Source: an uncultured virus (IMG/VR IMGVR_UViG_3300025132_000024)
Taxonomy: Duplodnaviria > Heunggongvirae > Uroviricota > Caudoviricetes
Length of the DNA stretch: 64,000 nt
IMG/VR virus record: IMGVR_UViG_3300025132_000024
Strand: one strand, 5' to 3'
How positions within the stretch are numbered: position 1 is the first letter of the stretch; every line of letters starts with the position of its first letter. The position numbers and the translations under genes were made by a program. Shown one piece after another: positions 1 through 8,354 of the stretch. A model generated the notes under the pieces. That model was given only the letters and a program-made list of their open reading frames with translations. It ran no database searches and was not told the origin of the DNA.

Positions 1-184
1 GAATCAAGAAAAAGTAAATTTAAGTTGGAATAATAAATCTCAATACGATTGGGAGTTATGTTGTAATATTAATTCAGATAATCCAGTTATCACCTGGGAC
101 GAGTATCATGAATTAAATAATCTTCATGTTGAGTTCGAAGAAGGATGTGAAAATTTAGGATTTACATTACCTTACCAATCATGA
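1..184 (+). CDS. hypothetical protein, 5'-truncated
   Basis: Frame 2 is open from the window start (NQEKVNLSW...TLPYQS) to TGA at 182-184, overlapping the next ATG (ATGA). Confidence 0.55.
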   Translation, partial: NQEKVNLSWNNKSQYDWELCCNINSDNPVITWDEYHELNNLHVEFEEGCENLGFTLPYQS

Positions 185-354
185 AAAGCGAATCTGATAT
201 AAAAAGAATAATAGATGCAGAATTAGAATCTAATCTGCATGTACTTATCGATCCGAAGAAGAAAGATTCTTTTTCTTCTAGTAGAATTCAAGCGTGGAAG
301 AATTTAGTAGCCGAGAGAATTTATAAACATTGCCATACCGATAATGTCGACTAA
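181..354 (+). CDS. hypothetical protein (57 aa)
   Basis: Manual translation MKSESDIKRIIDAELE...HTDNVD*; fills the gap and overlaps both neighbours. Confidence 0.6.
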   Translation: MKSESDIKRIIDAELESNLHVLIDPKKKDSFSSSRIQAWKNLVAERIYKHCHTDNVD

Positions 355-862
355 AATATTTGAATGGGTATTTATATTGTCATTTCCTATAATAGGAAGT
401 ATAATAGATAACTATCGTCAGAATAGTTATATAGTTTATTTACCCGAGCCTATACCATTAATTGAAGAAGATATACCTGATTCGAGCTTAGTTTATGCTT
501 TGATATATGTTGAAAGTAGAGGTAATGATAGTTGTGTAGGAGATAAACATTTGATAATTCCTTCTATAGGATGTTTACAAATACGCCCAATTATGGTAAG
601 AGAAGTTAACAGGATATTAAAGTATCAAGAAAGCACACTACGATTCAAAAATAAAGATAGATGGAGCAGAAAAAAATCTATTCAAATGTTTTATATATGG
701 AAAGACTTTCATCATACAAATTCTTCTGATGAAAAAATTGCAAGAAATTGGAATGGAGGACCTAAAGGTTATAAACGTAAACGTACTTTACAGTATTGGG
801 AAAAAGTACAAAAAGAATTAAAACATGAAACAAATAATAATACATCGCGACCAAGCAAATAA
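344..862 (+). CDS. lysozyme-like/lytic transglycosylase (SLT-like) protein with N-terminal hydrophobic anchor
   Basis: ALIYVES (catalytic Glu), GCLQI and ARNWNGGP motifs of the lysozyme-like superfamily; hydrophobic residues 5-21. Confidence 0.7.
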   Translation: MSTKIFEWVFILSFPIIGSIIDNYRQNSYIVYLPEPIPLIEEDIPDSSLVYALIYVESRGNDSCVGDKHLIIPSIGCLQIRPIMVREVNRILKYQESTLRFKNKDRWSRKKSIQMFYIWKDFHHTNSSDEKIARNWNGGPKGYKRKRTLQYWEKVQKELKHETNNNTSRPSK

Positions 863-1013
863 TAAATTAGAAACTATAGTTTTTAATGATATACTTACAG
901 CAAGAGCAGTTCAGCATGATTTAAGAAAAAATTTTCATGACGTAATATTGCTATCAGAACAAGAGTTATTAGAACTTAAATTAACAGTCAATCATGTTAG
1001 CGAAACCATATAA
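825..1013 (+). CDS. hypothetical protein
   Basis: ORF track; part of a tightly overlapping + strand gene run. Confidence 0.55.
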   Translation: MKQIIIHRDQANNKLETIVFNDILTARAVQHDLRKNFHDVILLSEQELLELKLTVNHVSETI

Positions 1014-1206
1014 ATACAAACACACTTATAACTGTATTATAGAGAATAGTAGACATACATCTGTATTTAGATATATATTACATTCTGATTGGCCGAGTGG
1101 TAAAAATAAAAAAAATATAACAGAACTTAAAAAACGTATAAGTATAGCAATGATAGGATTTAAAGTAAAAAATGCCTATCATATCAAAAGTAAAATGATT
1201 GCATAG
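994..1206 (+). CDS. hypothetical protein
   Basis: ORF track; overlaps the upstream gene. Confidence 0.55.
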   Translation: MLAKPYKYKHTYNCIIENSRHTSVFRYILHSDWPSGKNKKNITELKKRISIAMIGFKVKNAYHIKSKMIA

Positions 1207-1214
1207 ATATTTAT
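1207..1214 (+). promoter_or_regulatory. putative phage late promoter box ATATTTAT
   Basis: Recurrent intergenic 8-mer; followed by SD AAAGGAG and ATG at 1239. Confidence 0.6.
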
Positions 1215-1238
1215 TATAAATAAACAAAGGAGTATATT

Positions 1239-1385
1239 ATGAAAAAAATAGTAAATTCGAGCTGGTTCAAATCAGCATTAGCTGGAGCAGTCGGTATAGC
1301 ATTATTATTTAACGGTAGTATATTATATGCCGGGATTGCTATAGGAATTGGGATCAGAGAAGTGTTATTAGCATTTAAATCATAA
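1239..1385 (+). CDS. small membrane protein (48 aa)
   Basis: MKKIVNSSWFKSALAGAVGIALLFNGSILYAGIAIGIGIREVLLAFKS; strong SD, downstream terminator; too short for the ORF track. Confidence 0.75.
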   Translation: MKKIVNSSWFKSALAGAVGIALLFNGSILYAGIAIGIGIREVLLAFKS

Positions 1386-1396
1386 ATACAGTTTTT

Positions 1397-1422
1397 AAGG
1401 CTACTTCGGTAGCCTTTTTTTT
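1397..1422 (+). terminator. intrinsic terminator with C(UUCG)G tetraloop
   Basis: AAGGCTAC-TTCG-GTAGCCTT followed by a T run. Confidence 0.9.
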
Positions 1423-1425
1423 GCT

Positions 1426-1578
1426 ATGAGTCAAATAGAAGAATTGTTATATAATGCAGAAGAACATGGTAAGAGATATAAAGTGTTCGATGAAGTCGCA
1501 AAAATTAGAGTAGAAGAACCTAATCTAACTCTAGAACAACAATATCAAAAAGCTTATCAATCAGTAATGAATACTTAA
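1426..1578 (+). CDS. hypothetical protein (50 aa)
   Basis: Manual translation MSQIEELLYNAEEHGKRY...SVMNT*. Confidence 0.6.
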   Translation: MSQIEELLYNAEEHGKRYKVFDEVAKIRVEEPNLTLEQQYQKAYQSVMNT

Positions 1579-1600
1579 TTAAAAATATATTTATTTGTAT

Positions 1601-1816
1601 ATGATAGATATTGAAAACATATTAACAAATGAATCTTTTTCTGGTGAAGAATTAGAATACTTTATAGATGATAATACATTAATAGGAGAAGTATATTTAG
1701 ACGGAAGTTTAATATTTCAAGCATTAGATGTTATAGATGAAGAACAATTAGAAGTAGAATTTTTTAAAGAGTTTTATGTTAAACAAGACGAAGATTTAGA
1801 AGCTACTTATTTCTAA
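1601..1816 (+). CDS. acidic hypothetical protein
   Basis: ORF track starts at TTG 1595; ATG at 1601 preferred, 6 nt after an ATATTTAT box (1587-1594). Confidence 0.65.
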   Translation: MIDIENILTNESFSGEELEYFIDDNTLIGEVYLDGSLIFQALDVIDEEQLEVEFFKEFYVKQDEDLEATYF

Positions 1817-1848
1817 TCTTTCATCATATTTATAAGAAAGGATACGTT

Positions 1849-2034
1849 ATGACATCAAATGATATTTACGGAGAAATGGAAAAACATTGGAATGACTTTA
1901 CAGAGAATCATTCTAAATTTGTTGATAAAGGGAATAGGGCAGCAGCAACAAGAGCAAGAAAAGCAATTGGAGAAATAAAAAAATTAGTAACAGAATATAG
2001 AAAAGAATCTGTTACAGAATCTAAAAGATCATAA
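1849..2034 (+). CDS. Hc1/histone H1-like small DNA-binding protein
   Basis: KGNRAAATRARKAIGEIKKLVTEYRKES resembles the KGNKAAGTRARK...LEKLLKEFRK signature of Bacteroidetes/Chlamydia Hc1-type proteins; ATATTTAT box (1826-1833) and AGAAAGGA SD upstream. Confidence 0.7.
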   Translation: MTSNDIYGEMEKHWNDFTENHSKFVDKGNRAAATRARKAIGEIKKLVTEYRKESVTESKRS

Positions 2035-2432
2035 TGAAGAAAACGGATTTACATAACAAATTAAAATCTATTATAGAAGAAGAAGTTGAAAGCGTATTAT
2101 CTGAAAGAAAATACAAATATGGCGGAGTATTAGATTTAGAAAAACTTGATCCAGTAGATCCTCAAATACATATTGTAGGCTTTGGTACAATGAGTAGAAC
2201 TTCTTTAAGAAAAGAAATAGTAACTAGATTAGAAGGAGCTCTGAAATCTGCAAAAAATGCAGCAGCTAATCCAAGCGTTGCTTATGATACATATAAAACA
2301 TTAGAAGGTATATTAGGCGATGAATCTGTATTAATGTTACAAATGCGAGCTGATAATGAAGTATCTGATCAATTAGAAGAACTTCGAAAAAAAGGTGGCA
2401 GAAGAACAATGCCAATACCACCACAAAAATAA
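2034..2432 (+). CDS. hypothetical protein, possible head-internal protein
   Basis: N-terminal LKSIIEEEVESVLSE leader; TAATG coupling with the previous gene. Confidence 0.7.
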   Translation: MKKTDLHNKLKSIIEEEVESVLSERKYKYGGVLDLEKLDPVDPQIHIVGFGTMSRTSLRKEIVTRLEGALKSAKNAAANPSVAYDTYKTLEGILGDESVLMLQMRADNEVSDQLEELRKKGGRRTMPIPPQK

Positions 2433-2440
2433 AGATAGAT

Positions 2441-2755
2441 ATGAAACTAAAAAAATTATTAGAAGGCTTTGCTTGGGAAAGAGAATCAGGTAAACCATTA
2501 CCTACATTAAATGATGTTGCTAAGAAACATAATGAGTCCAATGATAAGCCAATAAATGAGGCTAGGATAAAATCTAATATTGTACAACAATGGAAGAATT
2601 CTGATATTGTAATGGATGATATGGAAGAATTCTTAGCCATGTTATATAGAGACGGTAATTATGATACAATGGATGATATGGCAGCTATGTTTAATGTTCT
2701 ATCAAAATTAGCAAAAGATTATCGCAAAAAAATGTATTATAATAAATTTGATTAA
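2441..2755 (+). CDS. hypothetical protein, possible head-internal protein
   Basis: N-terminal MKLKKLLE leader and internal PINE motif. Confidence 0.7.
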   Translation: MKLKKLLEGFAWERESGKPLPTLNDVAKKHNESNDKPINEARIKSNIVQQWKNSDIVMDDMEEFLAMLYRDGNYDTMDDMAAMFNVLSKLAKDYRKKMYYNKFD

Positions 2756-2907
2756 TGAATAAACAGTTAACATTAATTATTATAATTTTATTTATTTTAG
2801 CCATCGGATGTAGTACTACAAAAAAACTAAAAAAGAATCCTTATAAAGCTTACAATTATAAACAAACACATACACAACCCCATCAACATTATTCAGATAG
2901 AAAATAG
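2755..2907 (+). CDS. small putative lipoprotein (50 aa)
   Basis: MNKQLTLIIIILFILAIG|CSTTKK...: basic N-terminus, hydrophobic core, lipobox-like AIGC; TAATG coupling. Confidence 0.6.
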   Translation: MNKQLTLIIIILFILAIGCSTTKKLKKNPYKAYNYKQTHTQPHQHYSDRK

Positions 2908-2929
2908 TTTAAAAAAAGCTTCAAAAAGC

Positions 2930-2961
2930 TTTGCCATTACGAAATATATTTCTTATATTTA
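2930..2961 (+). promoter_or_regulatory. Bacteroidetes-type (-33/-7) promoter
   Basis: TTTG (2930)-N20-TATATTTA (2954); the consensus is TTTG-N19-21-TAnnTTTG. Confidence 0.65.
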
Positions 2962-2986
2962 AGTAAGTTAAATTAAAAAATAAAAA

Positions 2987-3196
2987 ATGAGTTATTATAT
3001 AGCAAAAGTAAAAGTAGCTACGGATACTCCAAAAGGTGTAAAACATGTATCCGAGCAATATCTAGTAAATGCAACTTCTGTAACGCATGCAGAAGCATTA
3101 GTCAATAAAGATTTCCAAGATACAGGAATTGATTTCGAAGTTAAAGCAGTCCAAGATACAAGGATCTGTAAAGTTATTGAAACTCAAAATTCCTAA
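2987..3196 (+). CDS. DUF4494-like protein
   Basis: YYIAKVKV...KHVSEQYLVNATSVTHAEALV resembles the Bacteroidetes DUF4494 pattern (KKVTEPYLVDALSFTEAEA). Confidence 0.65.
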   Translation: MSYYIAKVKVATDTPKGVKHVSEQYLVNATSVTHAEALVNKDFQDTGIDFEVKAVQDTRICKVIETQNS

Positions 3197-3198
3197 GA

Positions 3199-3558
3199 AT
3201 GAAAGCAGCATATACAGAAGGCAATATTGTTGTTTTTCGAAACGATGATAAATTTAATGTTGGTATAGTTACTAATATTAGAAAAAAGAAAAATCAAGTA
3301 TTAGGTTATGATATAAGATCTGAAGCAGGTAATTGTTATACATTGGTTCAGGTAGATAAAGAAAAGAGTTTATATTCTATAGATTCAGCTTTAACCGATA
3401 CCTTTTTATCAGAATCAGATGATCCTACTAAATTATATTTAGATAAGTCTTTAGGACATACTAGAGCTAATTATAATGAAGATGTAGAAATGACTATAGA
3501 TCATTATGAAAAATGTGCAGATTTTTCATTTCCAGTTGTAGGACCTAGATCATTTTAA
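3199..3558 (+). CDS. hypothetical protein
   Basis: ORF track; in operon. Confidence 0.75.
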   Translation: MKAAYTEGNIVVFRNDDKFNVGIVTNIRKKKNQVLGYDIRSEAGNCYTLVQVDKEKSLYSIDSALTDTFLSESDDPTKLYLDKSLGHTRANYNEDVEMTIDHYEKCADFSFPVVGPRSF

Positions 3559-3560
3559 TT

Positions 3561-3845
3561 ATGAATAAAGATAAGAAAAGAGTATTACGTGATTATCCTA
3601 ATGCAATAGTAGGAAGAAAAGATGATGGCTCATTTATAGTTATAGACGGAGATTATGCATTGGCGGAAGAATTTTTCCTTCCGCCGGCGTTAACCGAAGA
3701 TGAAGCTTGGAGCCATGCAGCATTATCATGTAAGACTACTCAACATTTTAATCGAACTCATCCGATGAGATTAGATCTTAAAGGATTTGAAGCTAAGATG
3801 GCAAGAATAGAAAAAAGAAAAAGGAGGTCATCATATGTTAGATAA
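3561..3845 (+). CDS. hypothetical protein
   Basis: ORF track; in operon. Confidence 0.75.
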   Translation: MNKDKKRVLRDYPNAIVGRKDDGSFIVIDGDYALAEEFFLPPALTEDEAWSHAALSCKTTQHFNRTHPMRLDLKGFEAKMARIEKRKRRSSYVR

Positions 3846-4476
3846 AATAAAAAAAATTATTAAAAAAGAAGAACCTAAAAAGAAATCTGATAATATAGAC
3901 GATATATCATATTTAGAAAATTCTTCAGAAGCAGTTGGATATGATAATAGAGAAATACAATGGAATGTTTATAGAACAGTATTGCAATATATTCCAGAAC
4001 AAGTTAGTATATTAGATTTCGGCTGTGGTAGAGGCGATTTATATTCCATGCATAAATCTGAATACGGTGAAGTAGATTATGCGGGAGTAGATTTTAATGA
4101 ACCTTTAATTACGGCAGGTAAGAAAATTTATCCTGATATATCTGATAAACTTATACTAAGTGATTGGTCTAAATTATCTAGCAATATAATTAAAGATTGG
4201 TGTGTAAATGTAGGATCTAATAATTTAAGATATGATACGAACTTAAATATAGATAACTTTACTTATACATGTAAGACATTAGAAGTGATGTATAGGCATG
4301 CTAAAGATGGCATTGTTGCATTATTCACTTCTGGTACAAATCTCGGTAATGGATTAATAAGTCATGACGGAGGTAAATTATTTAACTGGGCTCAGAATAA
4401 GTTTGGAAATGTAATTTTAGATCATTCTATAGCTGAGGACGGATTTTGTTTAATTATTAAAAAAATACAAAAATGA
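3835..4476 (+). CDS. class I SAM-dependent methyltransferase
   Basis: SILDFGCGRGDL (motif I) and YAGVDFN (motif II). Confidence 0.85.
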   Translation: MLDKIKKIIKKEEPKKKSDNIDDISYLENSSEAVGYDNREIQWNVYRTVLQYIPEQVSILDFGCGRGDLYSMHKSEYGEVDYAGVDFNEPLITAGKKIYPDISDKLILSDWSKLSSNIIKDWCVNVGSNNLRYDTNLNIDNFTYTCKTLEVMYRHAKDGIVALFTSGTNLGNGLISHDGGKLFNWAQNKFGNVILDHSIAEDGFCLIIKKIQK

Positions 4477-4745
4477 GTGTAAATAGTAGATACGCTATCG
4501 ACGAAAAAAGAGTAAGAAAATTTGGTAAACTATATAGTAGTATAGATTTTGATTTATCAAATAATTTAACTGCGGAGCAGTATATTACAAAAAATGAATA
4601 TCAGGTTATAGGAAAGTTTTGTATAGCAAATAAATCATTTGATGTAACGTTTAAAGAACTTGAAAGGATTGAGGAAACTTGTAAAGAAGCGAAATCGGCC
4701 ATGGAAAGAGCTTATCAAATTGGCTTGCTAGGTAAGTTAAAATGA
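4473..4745 (+). CDS. hypothetical protein
   Basis: ORF track; ATGA overlap. Confidence 0.7.
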   Translation: MSVNSRYAIDEKRVRKFGKLYSSIDFDLSNNLTAEQYITKNEYQVIGKFCIANKSFDVTFKELERIEETCKEAKSAMERAYQIGLLGKLK

Positions 4746-4757
4746 TATTTATATAAA

Positions 4758-4919
4758 ATGAAAACATTTAAATATTTTAGTTTATCAGATAGTAAAAAAG
4801 AAGCTATTGGATTTATTACGGCCAATAGTATTGCAGAGGCCTTTAACAAAGCATCTACCAAGAAAAATTTAAAATTAAATCAATTTAAAACTGTATTTGG
4901 AATCACGGAAGAAAAATAA
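4758..4919 (+). CDS. hypothetical protein (53 aa)
   Basis: Manual translation MKTFKYFSLSDSKKEAIG...ITEEK*; ATATTTAT at 4745-4752; TAATG coupling to the next gene. Confidence 0.65.
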   Translation: MKTFKYFSLSDSKKEAIGFITANSIAEAFNKASTKKNLKLNQFKTVFGITEEK

Positions 4920-5326
4920 TGTCATTAGAGCAAATAGAAATATTCGAAGATGATTTTGATTTATTTGTTTTATTAAATAGTTCAAATAAAGTAGAATATC
5001 TTTATGATATCGATAAGTTAGGTACTCGAGGAGCGATGCTCAAACAAATAGCTAAATATCAAAAAGTTCAAGAAGAAGAATTAAAGTTAGCACAAGTTGA
5101 AGATATTATTATAGGCGAACATAGGATTTGTATAACTAAATATGATGATGTAATTGCATTTAATTCTGATAATTTATCTCTCATCAATTCGTTTGCAAGA
5201 CGTATATGGTTAGAGGGTCATATATTATTAAGAGATAAAGAAGTATTAAAAACAACATTAGATAATTATAGGTATTTTAAAGCCTTTCAAATTATCAAAC
5301 TACATATGCCAATTTGCGAAAATTAG
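4919..5326 (+). CDS. hypothetical protein
   Basis: ORF track. Confidence 0.7.
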   Translation: MSLEQIEIFEDDFDLFVLLNSSNKVEYLYDIDKLGTRGAMLKQIAKYQKVQEEELKLAQVEDIIIGEHRICITKYDDVIAFNSDNLSLINSFARRIWLEGHILLRDKEVLKTTLDNYRYFKAFQIIKLHMPICEN

Positions 5327-5345
5327 TATATTTATATATGTAATT

Positions 5346-5371
5346 AAAGATACTGCGGGTCATTTAATTAC
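5346..5371. repeat. left arm of inverted repeat flanking hsp20
   Basis: AAAGATACTGCGGGTCATTTAATTAC is complementary, with bulges, to 5835-5860. Confidence 0.8.
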
Positions 5372-5424
5372 GTTAAAACTAAAGTTTAACAATAAAATAA
5401 TAAACAATTTAAGGAGGTTTAATT

Positions 5425-5838
5425 ATGGGAACACTAACAACATTCGGCACATCGCCGTTCGATATTTTATTCAGAAATTTTTTCGAACAAGAAGGAGAAT
5501 TTGCTCCTTTCAATCAAATCAGAGTCAACCATCCAGTAGATATATATGAGTCAGATAAAGGACTTAATATTGATATTGCATGTGTAGGTTTAACAAAAAA
5601 AGATATCAATCTTACTATAGAGGGAGATATTTTAAAAGTTGAATATAAAAAATCAAACAAAGAAAATGAGTTAAATTATATTCAACGTAACATAGCAAAA
5701 AGGTCATTTAATTTTGGATGGAGAATTTCTAGAAAATTTGATTTATCTAATTTAGATGCCAAGTTACAAAACGGTTTACTACAACTTCATGCGCCCTATT
5801 CAGAAGATAGCAAACCTAAATCAGTTACAATAAAGTAA
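5425..5838 (+). CDS. hsp20: small heat-shock protein Hsp20/alpha-crystallin
   Basis: PVDIYE, YIQRNIAKRSF and AKLQNGLLQL motifs; SD AAGGAGG. Confidence 0.92.
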   Translation: MGTLTTFGTSPFDILFRNFFEQEGEFAPFNQIRVNHPVDIYESDKGLNIDIACVGLTKKDINLTIEGDILKVEYKKSNKENELNYIQRNIAKRSFNFGWRISRKFDLSNLDAKLQNGLLQLHAPYSEDSKPKSVTIK

Positions 5839-5860
5839 ATTAAATTGACCCGCAGTCTTT
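5835..5860. repeat. right arm of inverted repeat flanking hsp20
   Basis: GTAAATTAAATTGACCCGCAGTCTTT; perfect 11-bp core TGACCCGCAGT pairs with ACTGCGGGTCA. Confidence 0.8.
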
Positions 5861-5864
5861 GATT

Positions 5865-6062
5865 ATGAGTTATTGGTATAAACATCTAAATTTTAATGGT
5901 AATAGATTCGTATTAAAACGAACTTTAAAGCAATCAACAATACCGTCTAACGTTAGTTCAGATGACCTTAAGGATTATTTTATGGTTAACACAATACTAA
6001 AAAAAGATGACATATATTACTTGTGTGATAGTATTGATGATGCAGAAATAGTTGAAGAATAA
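5865..6062 (+). CDS. hypothetical protein
   Basis: ORF track starts at TTG 5859; ATG at 5865 preferred. Confidence 0.65.
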   Translation: MSYWYKHLNFNGNRFVLKRTLKQSTIPSNVSSDDLKDYFMVNTILKKDDIYYLCDSIDDAEIVEE

Positions 6063-6094
6063 TTTGCCTAATTGAAAAATTTTACTTATATTTA
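6063..6094 (+). promoter_or_regulatory. Bacteroidetes-type promoter, probably leaderless transcript
   Basis: TTTG (6063)-N20-TATATTTA (6087); ATG 3 nt downstream. Confidence 0.65.
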
Positions 6095-6097
6095 AAT

Positions 6098-7159
6098 ATG
6101 GATGAAAAAGTAAGAGTAGGCTATGCGTGTGTCAATATGACACTAACTAATAGACCTAAAAAATTAGGAGGTAGAGTAACTACCTCGCGAGGTGTTAGGA
6201 AAGCAACTTGGTTTCCTGATCGCCTGGATATATTAAGCGAAAAAGCATTAGCTAATGCTAATGACTTGTTTATGTATCTACATTGGAATGAAGAAAATAA
6301 TATCAAACTATTTAGAATTGGTTCTGAATTATTTCCATGGCATGATCATTATGAATTAGAAAATTTGCCTGACTATGAAGAGATATGTGACGTTCTATTT
6401 GCTTGTGGTGAATATGCAAGAAAAAATGGACATAGATTAACTACTCATCCAGGACCATTTCATGTATTAGGATCTCCTAACATGGATGTAGTTGATAAAA
6501 CTATTATTGGATTAGAAAGACATTCTCAATTATTTGATATAATGGGATTCGATCCATCTCATGAAAATAAAATTAATATTCATATTGCCGGCGCATATGG
6601 CGATAGAAAGTCTACTGCTAAACGATGGATAAACGGTTGGCAACGATTATCTGATAATTGCAAAGCTAGATTAGTAGTTGAAAATGATGATAAGCCTTCT
6701 TTATATAGTGTACGACAATTGTATGATTTATTTCATAAAGAAATTGGCATTCCTATTACATTCGATTATTTTCATCATACATTTCATACTGATGAATTGA
6801 CTGAACGCGAGGCATTAGAGTTAGCCGGATCTACTTGGCCTAAAAATGTCGTTCAATGTACTCACTATTCAGAATCTAGAAGAATAGAAAAGAAAAAATA
6901 CTTAACCGAAGTATGTGCTAAGCATGGAATAGGCTGGGATCAAATTGATGAATGGCCTACATTTGCTAAATATAAAAAAGAATTCTCGAAAATTAAAGAA
7001 CAAGCTCATGCAGATTATGTTCTTAGACCTATAGAAAATTATGGACATCGTATAGATGTTGTTCTAGAAGCTAAAGCAAAAGAGTTGGCATTATTCAAGT
7101 ATCGAGATATTTATGCTAAAAAAAAGAAAAATAAGGTAAGTTATGAAAGACAAAGATAG
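6098..7159 (+). CDS. uvsE: UV-damage endonuclease UvsE/UvdE
   Basis: GYACVN, LFRIGSELFP, RLTTHPG, INIHIAG, LVVENDD, FDYFHH, HYSES, HADY and EAKAKE motifs. Confidence 0.92.
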   Translation: MDEKVRVGYACVNMTLTNRPKKLGGRVTTSRGVRKATWFPDRLDILSEKALANANDLFMYLHWNEENNIKLFRIGSELFPWHDHYELENLPDYEEICDVLFACGEYARKNGHRLTTHPGPFHVLGSPNMDVVDKTIIGLERHSQLFDIMGFDPSHENKINIHIAGAYGDRKSTAKRWINGWQRLSDNCKARLVVENDDKPSLYSVRQLYDLFHKEIGIPITFDYFHHTFHTDELTEREALELAGSTWPKNVVQCTHYSESRRIEKKKYLTEVCAKHGIGWDQIDEWPTFAKYKKEFSKIKEQAHADYVLRPIENYGHRIDVVLEAKAKELALFKYRDIYAKKKKNKVSYERQR

Positions 7160-7313
7160 TGTTTTAAGAGAACTAGATGAAGCTGATAATATGATATTTA
7201 TTATGCAAGATCTAGCAAAAAAGCAAGCTATCAATACAGATGAAGCTGTACGAAGATTAGGAATAATCAGAAGTAAGTTAAAATTTGTAGCTGATAGAGT
7301 TAGCCTTAGCTAA
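7143..7313 (+). CDS. hypothetical protein (56 aa)
   Basis: Manual translation MKDKDSVLRELDEADN...RVSLS*; ATATTTAT at 7107-7114 and AAGG upstream. Confidence 0.6.
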   Translation: MKDKDSVLRELDEADNMIFIMQDLAKKQAINTDEAVRRLGIIRSKLKFVADRVSLS

Positions 7314-7319
7314 TGTTAA

Positions 7320-8354
7320 ATGAAAAAAATATTTGCATATATTGTACTGGCATCAGCACTTTCATTAGCTGGCTGTGCTGCATATTATAGCGTATTCGGT
7401 ATTAGTAAATTATTTGCAGCACAAGCTTTTGCAGTTGCTATCATGGCAAGTATTTTAGAAGTTTCAAAATTAGTTGCGGCAACATATTTACATCGTTATT
7501 GGAAAAAAATTAATATACTACTCAAGGGTTATTTAACAAGTGCAGTTTTAATATTAATGTTTATTACATCTATTGGAATATACGGATTCTTAACAGCATC
7601 ATATCAGACAACAGCTAATGAATTATTTATTATTGATAAACAAGTTAAAATAATTGAAATGAAGAAAAGTAGATTTCAAGAACAAATGGATAGTTATTCT
7701 TCTGAAAAAAATCAATTAGCTAATTCTATAACAGAATTATCAAAAGGACTTTCTAATAATAAAGTACAATGGAGAGATAAGGAGACAGGCCAGATAATGA
7801 CATCTACATCGTCTAAAACTAGAAGAGTACTTCAAGGACAATTAAATGATTTTAAAATTCAACGTGATAAGGTATCTATTAAAATAGAGTCCTTAGCAGA
7901 TTCTATTACAAAATTAGATTTAAATGTTTTAGATTTAGAATCAAATTCAGAAGCAGCAAATGAAGTAGGGCCTTTAAAGTATGTATCTGAATTATTAGAT
8001 CGTCCTATGAATCAAGTAGTCAATTGGTTTATACTTATTTTTATTTTTGTATTCGACCCATTAGCAGTTGTATTATTAATAGGAGCGAATAAAGCTTTTG
8101 ATATACATAATGAAAATAAAGAAAGTATTTTAGATGTGAATTCACCTTTACCGGGAGAGGACTATGATAATTGGAATGAAGAAGAAGCTGATAGGAGGAT
8201 GGATATTATCGGTAGTAATGGAAACGATGGAACACATTATGATGCAGTTACTAACCAAAAAGCAGAAGATAAAGAAGATATTTATAAAGAAGAAGAAAAC
8301 CCAAAAGAACCAGAAAACCCACAAGAAAGAACAAGAAACGCTTATTGGACATGA
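7320..8354 (+). CDS. multi-pass membrane protein with coiled coil
   Basis: Three N-terminal hydrophobic helices, long coiled coil, EVGPLKY...IFVFDPLAV helix, acidic tail. Confidence 0.8.
   Translation: MKKIFAYIVLASALSLAGCAAYYSVFGISKLFAAQAFAVAIMASILEVSKLVAATYLHRYWKKINILLKGYLTSAVLILMFITSIGIYGFLTASYQTTANELFIIDKQVKIIEMKKSRFQEQMDSYSSEKNQLANSITELSKGLSNNKVQWRDKETGQIMTSTSSKTRRVLQGQLNDFKIQRDKVSIKIESLADSITKLDLNVLDLESNSEAANEVGPLKYVSELLDRPMNQVVNWFILIFIFVFDPLAVVLLIGANKAFDIHNENKESILDVNSPLPGEDYDNWNEEEADRRMDIIGSNGNDGTHYDAVTNQKAEDKEDIYKEEENPKEPENPQERTRNAYWT

Noticed and set aside
5346..5860. hsp20 inverted repeat as IS/MITE ends
   Set aside because: No transposase, no evident target-site duplication, and bulged arms; kept only as an RNA-pairing candidate.
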